Source: Octopus sinensis
Lineage: Eukaryota
Length of the DNA stretch: 64,000 nt
NCBI RefSeq assembly: GCF_006345805.1
Contig: NC_043020.1
Location: 8,618,001 to 8,682,000, forward strand
Direction of reading: 5' to 3'
Numbering within the stretch: position 1 is the first letter of the stretch; every line of letters starts with the position of its first letter. Of the stretch, positions 1 through 12,788 are shown piece by piece. The position numbers were made by a program, and so were the translations under genes. The notes below the pieces were generated by a model, which saw nothing but the letters and a program-made list of their open reading frames with translations, was not told where the DNA came from and did not search any database.

Positions 1-379
1 AGTATCAGACTTCAAAAAATAAGTACTTGTGTCGATTTGTTAGACTAAAACCCTCAAGGCCTGGTTCCAGCAAGGCCGCAGTTCAATGACTGAATCAAGT
101 TAAATATAAACTTTATTAATGGAGGGGGCGAGCAGATATTTTTGAAAATATTCTTTATTCCAATAACCATTTACCGTTCAAATGGGTCCTGATGCAGAGC
201 AACGACCCTAAACATGCTACATTTCACTATGTATCAAGCATTTTCATTTGTGACTCAAAAAGAAAACGAACGTCTTGTCTGCCTAATTCCTCCATCTCCA
301 TTCTTCTCACGATAAAAAAATAATAATAATAATAATCGAACCTAGTCAATAATAACGGATAAAGTTTAGAAACCGTCGA

Positions 380-787
380 GGCGATCTTTCGTCTCTAGTA
401 GACCTTTCCGTCGATTTCCGTAAAAAAAATTTTTTTTTACATATGGGCTTGCGGGAACTTTTGAAGTAATTTACATACACATACACCGAGTAAAAAATTT
501 CAGTTATCTCTTTCTTTCACACATTACTCTGTCTCTTCACACACACTAACAGAAGCACTTCACTTACACAACATACTGTCTGTCTCCCACACCCCATCAA
601 ACACACACACATGTACATCAATGCTACCCATGCACGGTAACTTCAAAAGAACTTCCCTCGTCATACAATCGCTTTCTCTTAGTCTCTTTCGCTCTCATTA
701 CTTCAAAAGTTCCCGCAAGCCCATATGTAAAAAAAAAAATTTTTTACGGAAATCGACGGAAAGGTCTACTAGAGACGAAAGATTGCC
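380..787. mobile_element. MITE with ~90-bp TIRs (GG termini, Merlin-like)
   Basis: GGCGATCTTTCGTCTCTAGTAGACC...GGTCTACTAGAGACGAAAGATTGCC; 8-bp TSD accgtcga/actgtcga. Confidence 0.85.
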
Positions 788-1398
788 ACTGTCGAATCCC
801 AACAGTTTGTTCAATGTGATCACAGAATTCTGAGAGCAAATTCGCATTTCTCGTGTCGATATTAGATAGAATCCACGTCTTCAATAGATTGCCGTCATGT
901 AATAAAAAAAAATCAAAAATGGTCGGACAACAGTAATTATTAATTTTAGTTTCTTGTTTCGTATGTTCTGAGTAAACATAAAGCTTAGTTTTCATGACTA
1001 TCAAGTTACTCTGATGATTAAAAAAAATTGGAAATGCGTATCGTATGTATGGACATCAGGGAAATATGTCCTGTTTATCAGACGATTACACTGGACATGC
1101 AAAAAGTTAAGCAGTTCTGTTAGAGACAGTTTTAGTATGACTTTCGTGAATTATGTTACATGAAATGTGTCTTTATAATGAAGCAATTTGTGACATTAAC
1201 CCTTCGCCTGTCCAAAGCGTTTTCATAAGTTTGTCCTGAATGTCCTATGCTTGTTTTCAGGTTTTTAGTTAACCCTGGTTTCGTACGTTCTGAGTAATAC
1301 AAAGCTTTCCCTTTACAAGTCCCAAATTATTCGGGGGGGGGGTTGAAAGAAACTGGGAATCTGTATAATAATAAGATGTACGAACACCAGGGAAATAT

Positions 1399-1953
1399 AG
1401 TTCTATATTTAAGAGATGAGGAATTATGTGCATTATTTACATTATTTACATTTGACGGATATATCAGCTGAAACGTTTTGTTAACAACAAACAAGATGAG
1501 GACAAATATTGGATCTTTTCGGTTTGAACGGCAGTTTTTTCAAATAATTTCCACGTAACTAAACACTTTTAAACTTCGTATACTGGTAGAATGTGTTTAT
1601 AAAATATATTTTTCTCTTGGCTTTATTGAGAAAATTCTATAATTTGTAAGATATTTGTTGTTGTTTTTCTTCAATTTCTGCAATTTCAACCAATCAATGA
1701 CGTCCATTTGGGGTGAAAACATTATGTGCCGTATGAATATGTCCCTCGTTTAAGAAACAGATTGGGTTTATTTACATTTCTGAAGAAAAAAGATACCCTT
1801 CCCCCCACCCCTAACCTAACCCTAAAACAGATTGAAATGCAATAGATCGATACTAGGGTCATAATTATGGGTGACAATTTCATATGACACCACTAGAAAA
1901 AACTGCCGTTCAAACCGAAAAGATCCCAAATATTCGTCAAATGTAAATAATGT
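1399..1953. mobile_element. Penelope-like inverted-pair element (3'-end fragments) interrupted by a MITE
   Basis: 13-bp TSD accagggaaatat (1386-1398, 1954-1966); inverted copies of ...ccgtcaaatgtaaataatgtac; same family as 52775-53202. Confidence 0.7.
1511..1926. mobile_element. MITE, Merlin-like (GG termini, 8-bp TSD)
   Basis: TIR GGATCTTTTCGGTTTGAACGGCAGTTTTTT; perfect TSD caaatatt. Confidence 0.88.
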
Positions 1954-2472
1954 ACCAGGGAAATATGTTCTGTTTATCGCATGAGATTTATTGGAAAGGC
2001 AATTGTTTAAGACTAACTAGTCCTTTCGCTTTTTAAACCACGCGAATTTCAAACAACCATAGTTTTATATTTGTGGATACCACGGTATATACAATATATA
2101 CAGCTTGTGCGTGTATATGAGTGGAGAGAGAGAGAGAAATATTACATATGTAATATCGTGTGGAAAACTTCGATCTACTGAAATCATCAAATTGAAGCAA
2201 TTAGTAATAAAAAAGAAAAAGAAAAGAAAAACCTCCCTCTGGGGAAATAAGTCTAGTCAGAGAAGTTGATCAGACTTTTGGGAAAATACAGATCTGACAG
2301 TGCAGGCTGGAGTAAATCTGATTAAAGTGACGGTCATGTTTCAGCCTTATTAAACTTTCTCAGAGAAGCATATTCTACTCACTTGCCAAAACTGAAATAT
2401 AACTTTTCTAGGTGGATCTCTCTTCAGCACCCAGCAAAATGGTAACAAAGGGTTCCTTTCTATCTGTATATA

Positions 2473-2862
2473 TGGCTATGTAGTACGAAGCTTGCTTATC
2501 ATCCACATGGTTCCGGGTTCAGTCCCATTGAGTGGCATCTTGGGCAAGTGTCTTCTACTATAGCCTCGGGCCGACTAAAGCCTTGTGTGTGGATTTGGTA
2601 GACGGAAACTGAAAGAAGCCCGTCAATATGTATGTATACTTGTGTATGTGCCTTTGTGACTGTGTTTGTCCCACCACCACCACCACCACCACCACTAACG
2701 CCTGACAGCCAGTGTTGGTGTGTCTGCGTCCCCATAACTTAGCGGTTCGGCAAAATAGAACTATACAAAAAGTACTAGATTTAAAAAATAACTACCGAGG
2801 TTGATTCATTGACTGAAAATTCAAGGTAGTGCCCCAGCATAATGACTGAAACAAGTAAAAGA
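2473..2862 (+). mobile_element. SINE family A
   Basis: Similarity to 8451-8850. Confidence 0.8.
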
Positions 2863-3036
2863 TATATATATATATATATATATATAATCTTGTAAGTATA
2901 ATCAGCCGAAATTACGAAGATAATCTGGTACTTGACTGAGGAAAGAAAACTTCGAATGACCCGTCCTTGTTTTCTTTGTATCGTCTATCTGGATGTTTTG
3001 TTGTCCCATTTTATATATGTATATATATATAATGTG

Positions 3037-3085
<49 letters not shown>

Positions 3086-3536
3086 TGTATGTATGTAAAT
3101 GGGAGTAAAGATACAGTTTAATCTGTAAAAGCTGTATATTTCTTATATACAGTGGTGTAACAAATTCAAAACAGAACCTTCCTCATCATATCCTCTTCGT
3201 AGACGTAGTTGTATTGTATCTGCGAATGGTGTCTTAAACATTTGGGAAATAGCAGTTAAAGTGTATCGTTCCACTGAACACCTCTGAAATGCAATTCTGT
3301 AGATTGCATCTCGATGCACGATAGCTAACATGACTCTATGTGACTGCTGCAATAATGCTGCACAACTAAAGACCTACGGACAAATGATTGATGCGATGTC
3401 ATGGCGTTGTTAATGTAGAATCAGTTAAATTATACAAACATCTTCTGATTTTTGTTTGTTGGGTGGGGTCATTTAACACTACTTGCATTAATGCATATAG
3501 CATACATCGGTAAGATGTTATAGAAATATAACGAAA

Positions 3537-4089
3537 CTAGCAGTATCGCCCGGCGTTGCTCGGGTTTGTAAGGGAAATTACTATATAAGCATTTTTAGAG
3601 AGTTATAGCCAAAAAATAGCAAAAAAAAATGCATTAATAATGGAAAAAAAATTATGGTAATTTTTTTTTTAAATCGTTGATTCATCGTAGACATTTTCTG
3701 TTTTGGTGTCTTCAAGCCATGAAGTCGTTGTTCTAAAAGAACGCTGGTCTCCTTGACAACGCTTTACGACGTTGATTTCCTTACACTCCCTTCCCCACAG
3801 CTTCACGAGGGAGGGAAGAAGGGGGAGAAGCAACACAGGTGCAGGCGTGAGCGTGGACGCCAACTCCGCCGCCATCAACACACGGAAAATTATGCATTAA
3901 AATGGAATAAAAAATGATGTTAAATTATTTTTAAAATCGTAGACGCGCTAATACCCAGACGGGCTCGATATGAATCACGACTATAAGATACCCGAATTTG
4001 GTTAAACTGCACCGCAAAATGTGGGAGTCGTTAGGAATCTAAATCGAAGGGGACAGACACTCACACAACTACAGTTTTATATATATAGA
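3537..4089 (-). mobile_element. Non-autonomous Helitron
   Basis: Minus strand begins TCTATATATATAAAA and ends with hairpin CCCGAGCAACGCCGGG followed by CTAG; inserted between A and T; no TSD. Confidence 0.82.
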
Positions 4090-4547
4090 TTATGGGGTTT
4101 CAATAATGTCACATCCGGAGTAATTTAGTTCCACTTTTTAAATTATCTAAAAATAAAAAAAAGCTAGAAAGAAATAAAGATGAAATAAAAGAACAGCTAA
4201 ATATTTCTATTGTTAAATGTTTTGATAATTTCCAGGAATTAAATGGAAGATTATATTTATGGTTAGTGGACCCTTGAAAATAAATTGCTCCTCAATGTTT
4301 GGCGGCCTTATTAAATTAAAGACTATTTAATAATGTCATGTCTGTTTCTGCCTGTCTCTCTGCCTGGTAATTTTTGCATTGGAACAGATAATCCTTTCCA
4401 CTGTAGGCCCAAAGACTGAAATTTTGAAGGGTGGGGTCCAGTCGATTGCGTTGAACCCAGTTCTTGACTGATACTCGATTTTATAGATTCCAAAAGTCGG
4501 TCTTGGTAGGATTTGATCTCTTAACGTAAAGAGCCCGGAGAAATGCT

Positions 4548-4973
4548 GGTGATCTTTCGTCTCTAGTAGACCTTTCCGTTGATTTCCGTAAAAAAAATTT
4601 TTTTTTTTTACATATGGGCTTGCGGGAACTTTTGAAGTAATATACATACATATACACATACACCGAGTAAAAAATTTCAGTTATCTCTTTCTTTCACACA
4701 TTACTCTGTCTCTTCACACACACTAACAGAAGCACTTCACTTACACAACATACTGTCTGTCTCCCACACCCCATCAAACACACACACACACACATGTACA
4801 TCAATGCTTCCCATGCACGGTAACTTCAAAAGAACTTCCCTCGTCATACAATCGCTTTCTCTTAGTCTCTTTCGCTCTCAATACTTCAAAAGTTCCCGCA
4901 AGCCCATATGTAAAAAAAAAAAAAAAATTTTACGGAAATCGACGGAAAGGTCTACTAGAGACGAAAGATTGCC
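4548..4973. mobile_element. Second near-identical copy of the same MITE, inserted in a decayed SINE
   Basis: Same TIRs and interior as 380-787; flanked by an 18-bp direct repeat agagcccg(g/a)agaaatgct. Confidence 0.85.
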
Positions 4974-5640
4974 AGAGCCCGAAGAAATGCTTATTATTTT
5001 GTCTGACTTATCGTCTGTTTATCACATAGCCACGGTTTTTTTATTTTTTTTCTAGTTTCTCAACCAACCATTCCTCTTTATGTGCGTGTAACATAGCCTA
5101 CTTTTGAACCGAATTAATGCTGGTTACTCGTTGTGGTCTCCTTTTGAAAATGTCACTGCTATTTGATGTTACCAATGTGTGTGTTAATTGTGGTTGTGTC
5201 ATGTTAGTTGGCGTGCGTTCGTGTATGTATACGTGTGTCTGTGTATAATACAATAATAGCTAATATTCCTAGCGTGTATGTGTGTCTATATGGCTTATGG
5301 CTCATATTTCTAGTAACTGTCGGCTTGTATTACAATAGCAATATTCACGATTCTCTCAAGGCCAAACCTAATCAAACAGACCTATGATTAAAGACGCTCC
5401 AGCTGTGACCATCAGGTTTTATTTTTTTAGGTTTCACCATGTATTTATTATACGGAACTATATTATCCAATTTGTCCTTTCTGCCTTTAAGACAATATGG
5501 CGTTATTTGAGGAACACTTAGTTGTTCTGTCTAGCAATTGTGGCGACTTCCTAAAGACTTATTCAAATTTCATCGATCTTTATTTTTAACTTGTTTCATT
5601 CATTAGACTGTGGTCATGCTGGAGCACAGACTTGAAGGGT

Positions 5641-6432
5641 TTACACAGACTGGCAACTGAAACTGGCTGTGGACAAGTGTACCACCATGCATTTTGGGAG
5701 AAAAAACCCTGCGTTCACATACTCCCTCCACAACACTGATATCAAGAAATCCTCTTGCGAGCGTGACCTAGGCATCACTGTCAGCAGTGATTTGCGTTGG
5801 TCAAAGCATATCTCTAAGATTGTCAGGAAGGTCGAGGGTGTCTTGGCATCACTCAGCAGGTCTTTTGTTAGCCGCTCTCCAGCCATCTATTTAAAACTGT
5901 ATACAGCTATGGTACGACCACACTTGGAATTCGCATCATCAGTTTGGAACCCCTATCTTGCACAGAACATTGACCTCCTGGAATCTGTCCAGAGACGTGC
6001 AACCAAACGCATACCCTCCATCAGACACCTGCCATATTCTGAGCGCCTTGTTTCCCTGGGCATGGATTCACTGAAGCTCCGGTGTTTGGCGACGGACTTG
6101 GTAAACACCCACAAAGTTATCAACCACCTCACCAACAACAACACTGAACACCTTTTTGATTTCCATGTGTCTAACACACGTGGACATGCCTACAAAGTCA
6201 GAAAACAATACAGCTCCCATGACTTTCGGAAACATTTTTTCATGCTCAGAGTTGCTGAAGCATGGAATAAACTGCCTGCGTCAGTTGTTGACTGCCATGA
6301 CACTGCATCTTTTAAGGCCCTCATGCTTTCCGAAATCCGCCGAAACTACACCTGATTATATATACACTTTAGATGAGTTGTAGTGCACCTGAGCACTGTA
6401 CACAATTATTATTATTATTATTATTATTATTA
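5641..6432 (+). mobile_element. CR1-type LINE, 5'-truncated (RT C-terminus, 3'UTR, (TTA)n tail), inserted in a SINE
   Basis: ORF 5669-6355 with ERDLG, LYTAMVRPHLEFASSVWNPY, LESVQRRATK, TRGH and WNKLP motifs. Confidence 0.92.
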
Positions 6433-7349
6433 AATTGACTCCAGTATTTTTCTAAATCTAGTGTTTATTTTTGTTGATCTTTTGCTGAAACCACGAAATG
6501 ACTAGGATGTAAACAAAAGAACACCGGTTATCAAGCGGTTGTGGGGAATAGAATAAGCATTAATCCTTTAGCATTTAAAATGGTTGTATCTGGTCTATAT
6601 TCTTTTACTCTTTCGCTTGTTCTAGTCATTTGACTGCGACCATGCTGGAGTGTCACCTTTCAGGGCTTTTAGTCTAACAAATTGACCCCAGGACTTTTTT
6701 TCCAAGCCTAATACTTATTCTGTTGGTCTCTTTTGCTGAACCACTAAGTTACAGGTATGTAAACACATCAACACTAGTTGTCAAACGATGATGGATACAC
6801 ACACACACACACACACGATGGGCTTCTTTCAGTTTCCATCTACCAAATCCATTCACGAGACTTTGGCTATAGAAGATACCTGCCAATCCAGAATCATGTT
6901 CTTTGGAAGCAAGCTTCTTACCAAAATAGCCATGTCTGCACTGTTTTATGTTCAAACTGACTAGATCTGGCCTTTCCCTCCTACCCAACAATGTCCTAAA
7001 AATATACAAGGATTATTATTGTTAAGGCAGCGAGCTGGCAGAATCATTAGCACGTTGGATGAAATTCTTAGCAGTATTTCACCCGTCGCTATGTTCTGAG
7101 TTCAAATTCTGCAGAGATCAACGTTGCCTTTCATCCTTTCAGGGTCGATAAATTAAGTACCAGTCAAGTGCTGGGGTTGATGAAATCGGCTTATCCCCTT
7201 CTCCAAAATTGCTGCCCTTGTGGCAAAATCTGAAACCATTATTATTGCTGTTGTTACTGAAGCACCATGCAGAGGGGTTGAACCCAGAATCATACGATTT
7301 CAATGTGAATATGTTAATCTCATGGCTACGTGTGTCTTTACACATGTAT

Positions 7350-7388
<39 letters not shown>

Positions 7389-8450
7389 ACCATCAAAATC
7401 TCAGAAGCTATGAGATAATGCATAATTAATTCCAAACAATGTGGATAAATAAGCATTATTTTTGTCAGTAATCTGAATGCTAAAGCGTTAAATTGGAATC
7501 CTGCCTTGGGTTGACCCAAAGTTTGTGTATAAAATTGGGCAAACAAAATCTGTGAGATAGCCAGAGGGACAATATTGGTAATTTCTAAAATTCCAGCCTT
7601 GTCACATTCTGTTTGTCTTGTTGATTCTGTTTGGTAATTGCATTGAGGCTATATATGTATCTGTGGTGAGCTGGCTGGGTCTGTAGAGCATCAGAGAGAA
7701 GACCATGTGGTGTCCTGTATCTTGTTTCAGTTTTTAGGCTGTGACCATGTTGGACAACCTCTTTGAGGAATTTTAGTCAAGTGAAGTGACCACAGAAGGG
7801 CAAAGGTTGATACAGCTTGGCACCAGTGACATCGCAACTCGTTTCTACAGCTGAGTGACCTGGAGCAATGTGAAATAAAGTGTCTTGCTCAAGAACACAA
7901 CACACAGCCCAGTCTGGGAATCGAACTATCTGCCTCATGATTGTGAGCCTGACACTCTAACCACTGAGCCATGCGCCTTCACACACACATAAAACAGGAT
8001 TCTTTCAGTTTCCATCTACCAAATCCGCACTCACAAAGTTTTGGTTGGCCCTAGGCTATAGTAGAAGACACTTGCTGAAAGAGTCACTCAGTAGCACTGA
8101 ACCTGGAACCATGTGGTTGGGAAGCAAACTTCTTGCTACACCTGTGCCTCTGATTGGCTTTAAACAGGTAAAGCACCAACTTCCCAAACACTGATGGTCT
8201 GAAATCTTTTCTAATCCACAGTAATTTATGAGCAAAAATGCCAAGCTCCCATGTTTGCCAGACTGGTTTAAAAGGTGGTCTTGTTTGAGGTAACCTGCCC
8301 AGTAAAGCATTAATAAACATGTTTCATACCAACCTACAGGGACTTGTTTTTCATTTAATCATTCAGGTAGATTTTTGTTAAACTTAATGATGACCACCCT
8401 TGGTTCAGTAACCTGTGATCCAGAATGGTTTTGGAACTGAAAGTTCTGGA

Positions 8451-8850
8451 GGAGTGGCTGTGTGGTAAGTAGCTTGCTTACCAACCACATGGTTCCGGGT
8501 TCAATCCCACTGCGTGGCACCTTGGGCAAGTGTCTTCTACTATAGCCTCGGGCCGACCAAAGCCTTGTGAGTGGATTTGGTAGACGGAAACTGAAAGAAG
8601 CCCATCGTATATATGTATATATACATATGTGTGCGTGTATGTTTGTGTATCTGTGTTTGTCCCCCAAGCATTGCTTGACAACCGATGCTGGTTTGTTTAT
8701 GTCCCCGTCACTTAGCGGCTCAGCAAAAGAGACCGATAGAATAAGTACTGGGCTTACAAAGAATAAGTCCTGGGGGTCGATTTGCTCGACTAAAGGCGGT
8801 GCTCCAGCATGGTTGCAGTCAACTGACTGAAACAAGTAAAAGAGTAAAAT
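8451..8850 (+). mobile_element. tRNA-derived SINE family A (CORE-like segment, internal microsatellite, AAAAGAGT tail)
   Basis: A box tggctgtgtggtaag, B box ggttcaatcc, ccttgggcaagtg; more than 15 copies or fragments in the window. Confidence 0.85.
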
Positions 8851-9687
8851 AGTTGCTGTAACTGTCTAAAACACAGGGCATTTTTTCTAAAAGAAAAAAA
8901 TGAATTTTTTATTTTTATCAAACAGAGATATATTATGTTTTAATCTTATAATTCTGTTCACATCCAAAGATGCTTTTCATGAACATAACCTGCCCCCCCC
9001 CCCAGTACGACTGGTACTCTCTCAACCCTCTCCCTAGAACATAAGAGGTAGTTACTACACACCACAAGGCATTTTATTTGATACGCTAATGATTCTGAAA
9101 ATGCTGTTTAACCCTTGGTAGCCTATGATCCTATACCTATTTCTTTATTACCCACAAGGGGCTAAACACAGAGGGGACAAACATGGACAGACATAGGTAT
9201 TAAGTCGATTACATCGACCCCAGTGTGTAACTGGTACTTAATTTTTCGACCCCGAAAGGATGAAAGGCAAAGTCGACCTCAGCGTAACTGGTACTTAATT
9301 TATCGACCCCGAAAGGATGAAAGGCAAAGTCGACCTTGGCGGAATTTGAACTCACAACGTAACGGCAGACGAAATACCGCTTAGCATTTCGCCCGGTGCG
9401 CTAATGTTTCTGCGAGCTCGCCATGATCATTTTGCCTTGTTTTTAAAGATATGGTATTTTTTTAAAGATATTAGTGTCATTTGAGGCAGATTTAACTGTT
9501 ATTTCTAGCAGGTCGAGTGGCCTTGTTTGTTCATGGATGTGATGTGTGATGTAACACTGTGTAGACATCACGCACACAAATACATGCACACACACACACA
9601 CCACACACACACACACATGCTATTTTCCCATGACCTAGCTACAATAAATATTCAGCAATAAATAGCCTGGCAGCCTTGCTGAGTCCT

Positions 9688-9741
<54 letters not shown>

Positions 9742-9849
9742 ATACATGTGTAAAGACACACGTAGCCATGAGATTAACATATTCACATTGAAATCGTATG
9801 ATTCTGGGTTCAACCCCTCTGCATGGTGCTTCAGTAACAACAGCAATAA

Positions 9850-10940
9850 TAATGGTTTCAGATTTTGCCACAAGGGCAGCAATTTTGGAGAAGGGGATAA
9901 GCCGATTTCATCAACCCCAGCACTTGACTGGTACTTAATTTATCAACCCTGAAAGGATGAAAGGCAACGTTGATCTCTGCAGAATTTGAACTCAGAACAT
10001 AGCGACGGGTGAAATACTGCTAAGAATTTCATCCAACGTGCTAATGATTCTGCCAGCTCGCTGCCTTAACAATAATAATCCTTTCTACTGAAGGCACAAG
10101 CCCTTGAAATTTTGGGGGAGGGGACTAGTTGATTACATCGACCCCAGTGTTTCACTGGTACTTAATTTATTGACCCCCCAAAAGGATGAAAGGTAAAGAT
10201 GACCTTGGCGGAATTTGAATTCAGAGCATAGCAGTGGGTGAAATACCGCTAAGCATTTCGTCCAGTGTGCTAACGAGTCTGCCAGCTTGCAGTCTTAACG
10301 ATAATAATTACAATAATCGTATTTTACAGAAGGCTTGAAATTTTGACGGTAGGGGACTTGTCTATTATATTGACCACCGGCAATTGACTGGTACTTATCT
10401 TATTGACCTTGGAAAAATGAAAGACAAAGTCAGCCTTGGTGGAATTTGAACTTGGAACAAGGGGCCAGAAGGAATTTTGCTAATCATTTTGACCTTCATG
10501 GTATTGATTCTGTCATCTTGCCGTCTTACCAATAATAATAATAATAATAATCATAATTTCTACTATAGACACAAAGCCTGTGAGTTTTAGGGAATGGGGA
10601 TAGGGGTGGGGGTTAGTTGATTTTATTGACCCCAGTACTTGACTGGCATTTATTTTAATGACCCGGAAAGAATGAAAAGCAAAGTGAACCGTGGTAGAGT
10701 TTGAACTTGGGAATGTAAAATTGGAAGAAATTCTATGAAGTAGTTTGTCTGACATGCTAATGGCCTTGTCAACTTAATAATAAGCCTTCCTACTTTCAGC
10801 ACAAGTGCCTGAAATTCTGGAGGAAGAGACTAGTTAATTACATCAATCCCCAGTGCATAACTGGTACTTATTTCATCAATCCTGAAAGGATAAAAGGCAA
10901 AGTGGAATTTGGTGGAATTTGAACTTAGAATGTAAAAGAT
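9850..10940 (-). mobile_element. Tandem array of SINE family B copies separated by (AAT)n
   Basis: About five head-to-tail copies; similar arrays at 13447-13895, 14690-15610, 20895-21870, 40869-41660 and 47785-48300. Confidence 0.8.
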
Positions 10941-10954
10941 TGATGAAATATAGG

Positions 10955-11303
10955 GCGAAAGGGTAAAGACCTCCTTAGGTCATGAATGACCATGGGATTG
11001 CACCTAGAATTTTCCCCTCTGAGGCACAAGTCCAGGCAAGGTTGTTTATGAAAGACCAGCAGTCACCCATGCATACCAGCCTCTCCTCTCCATGCCACCA
11101 ATGTTATCCAAGGGAAAGGCAAAGGGGCCGATACAGCTTGGTACCAATGATGTCACAACTCATTTCTACAGCTGAGTGAACTGGAGCAATGTGAAATAAA
11201 GTGACTTGCCTAAGAACACAACACACAGCCCAGTCCAGGAATTGAACTCACTATCTCATGATTGTGAGTCCGATGCGCTAACCACTGAACCATGCACCTT
11301 CAC
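10955..11303 (-). mobile_element. tRNA-derived SINE family D
   Basis: Minus head gtgaaggtgcatggttcagtggttag...gagttcaattcc; related copy at ~7795-7983. Confidence 0.7.
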
Positions 11304-11681
11304 TCTGTCAAATATAATGTTTATTTGTTTACCTTGTTTTGAATTAATCCTGCATTATCTTGTAACTTTGAGATTTTAAAGAGAGAACTGTTAATTTTAG
11401 GATGATATTGTGGGGTTGGTGTGAGAGGCCAGATCAGGCCAGTTTGAGGCTATTTTGGCCAGATATGGCCAGTTTGAACACTAAAGAGTTATAGTGATCA
11501 AATATACTCATGCTGTATATTGACTCCCTCGCCCACCACCATCAAATCAGCATCACCTGTACAGGTATGCAATGTGCCGCACTTCAGATGACAAAGTGAT
11601 CACAGAACCAAAGATCTAGCAATTATGAGTGCAACACCATGACCACAAGGCCATGGGCCCTCACCATATTACATTACAATA

Positions 11682-12075
11682 GTGGGGGCATAATGGCCCA
11701 GTGGTTAGGGCAGCGGACTCGCGGTCATAGGATCGCGGTTTCGATTCCCAGACCGGGCGTTGTGAGTGTTTATTGAGCGAAAACACCTAAAAGCTCCACG
11801 AGGCTCCGGCAGGGGATGGTGGTGAACCCTGCTGTACTCTTTCACCACAACTTTCTCTCACTCTTACTTCCTGTTTCTGTTGTACCTGTATTTCAAGGGC
11901 CGGCCTTGTCACTCTCTGTGTCACGCTGAATATCCCCAAGAACTACGTTAAGGGTGCACGTGTCTGTAGAATGCTCAGCCACTTACACGTTAATTTCACG
12001 AGCAGGCTGTTCCGTTGATTCGGATCAATCGGAACCCTCATCGTCGTAACCGACGGAGTGCTTCCATTCCATTCC
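11682..12075 (+). mobile_element. tRNA-derived SINE family C, (CCATT)n tail
   Basis: tggcccagtggttagg A box, gtttcgattcc B box; TSD acattacaata. Confidence 0.85.
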
Positions 12076-12736
12076 ACATTACAATATTGATATTAACATG
12101 GTTTGAACCCTGATACATAAAGTACATCGTTTTTTGATAGCATGTGTTATCTACAAGTTATCTGATATATGAAATATAATATTTGGTAGCACGTGTTGTC
12201 TCTACTTTCTTACTCCCCATTGTCTATTGATTTATATCAAATATTGTTTGTGTCAGCATGCGAAACTTAGTTTTGTTTTTAACCATCACAGCTAAAGGCC
12301 ATGCTAGAGCACCACTTTGAAATAAAGCGAGTTAGAGCATTAGTAAGCCTCTCTCTATATCTCTCACACACACACACATCAGAATGAATATAAATAGTGA
12401 AATCTGAAAACAATTAATGGGAAAAGACAGTTAAATATAGTGCCTCTCACCAGCTATGGTGGCTAGAATCAATATAGTTTCTATGCATTTAAAGTCTGTT
12501 TCCCTTTCTTTCTGTTATTTTTTTTCTACCTTTCTTGGCATTCAGAAGGGCATTCAGCTGTAGAAACTATACCTAAGCTGACACGAATCACAATGCTGAC
12601 CTGTGGCTCACTGAATCTTATCAAACCATCCAATCTATGCATGCCAGCTTGGAAAATAGATGTTAAATGATGATGATATTTTTTTTTTATTTATCTACTT
12701 TCAGCTCACTAGCTGTGGCCATGCTGGGGCACTGCC

Positions 12737-12788
<52 letters not shown>

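Noticed and set aside
8359-8835. Recurrent ORFs such as SVSVYQIHSQGFGRPEAIVEDTCPRCHAVGLNPEPCGW that look like a gene family
   Set aside because: Antisense translations of SINE family A
11684-11760. tRNA-like sequences
   Set aside because: SINE heads followed by a body and tail with TSDs; no complete acceptor stem, so not called tRNA genes
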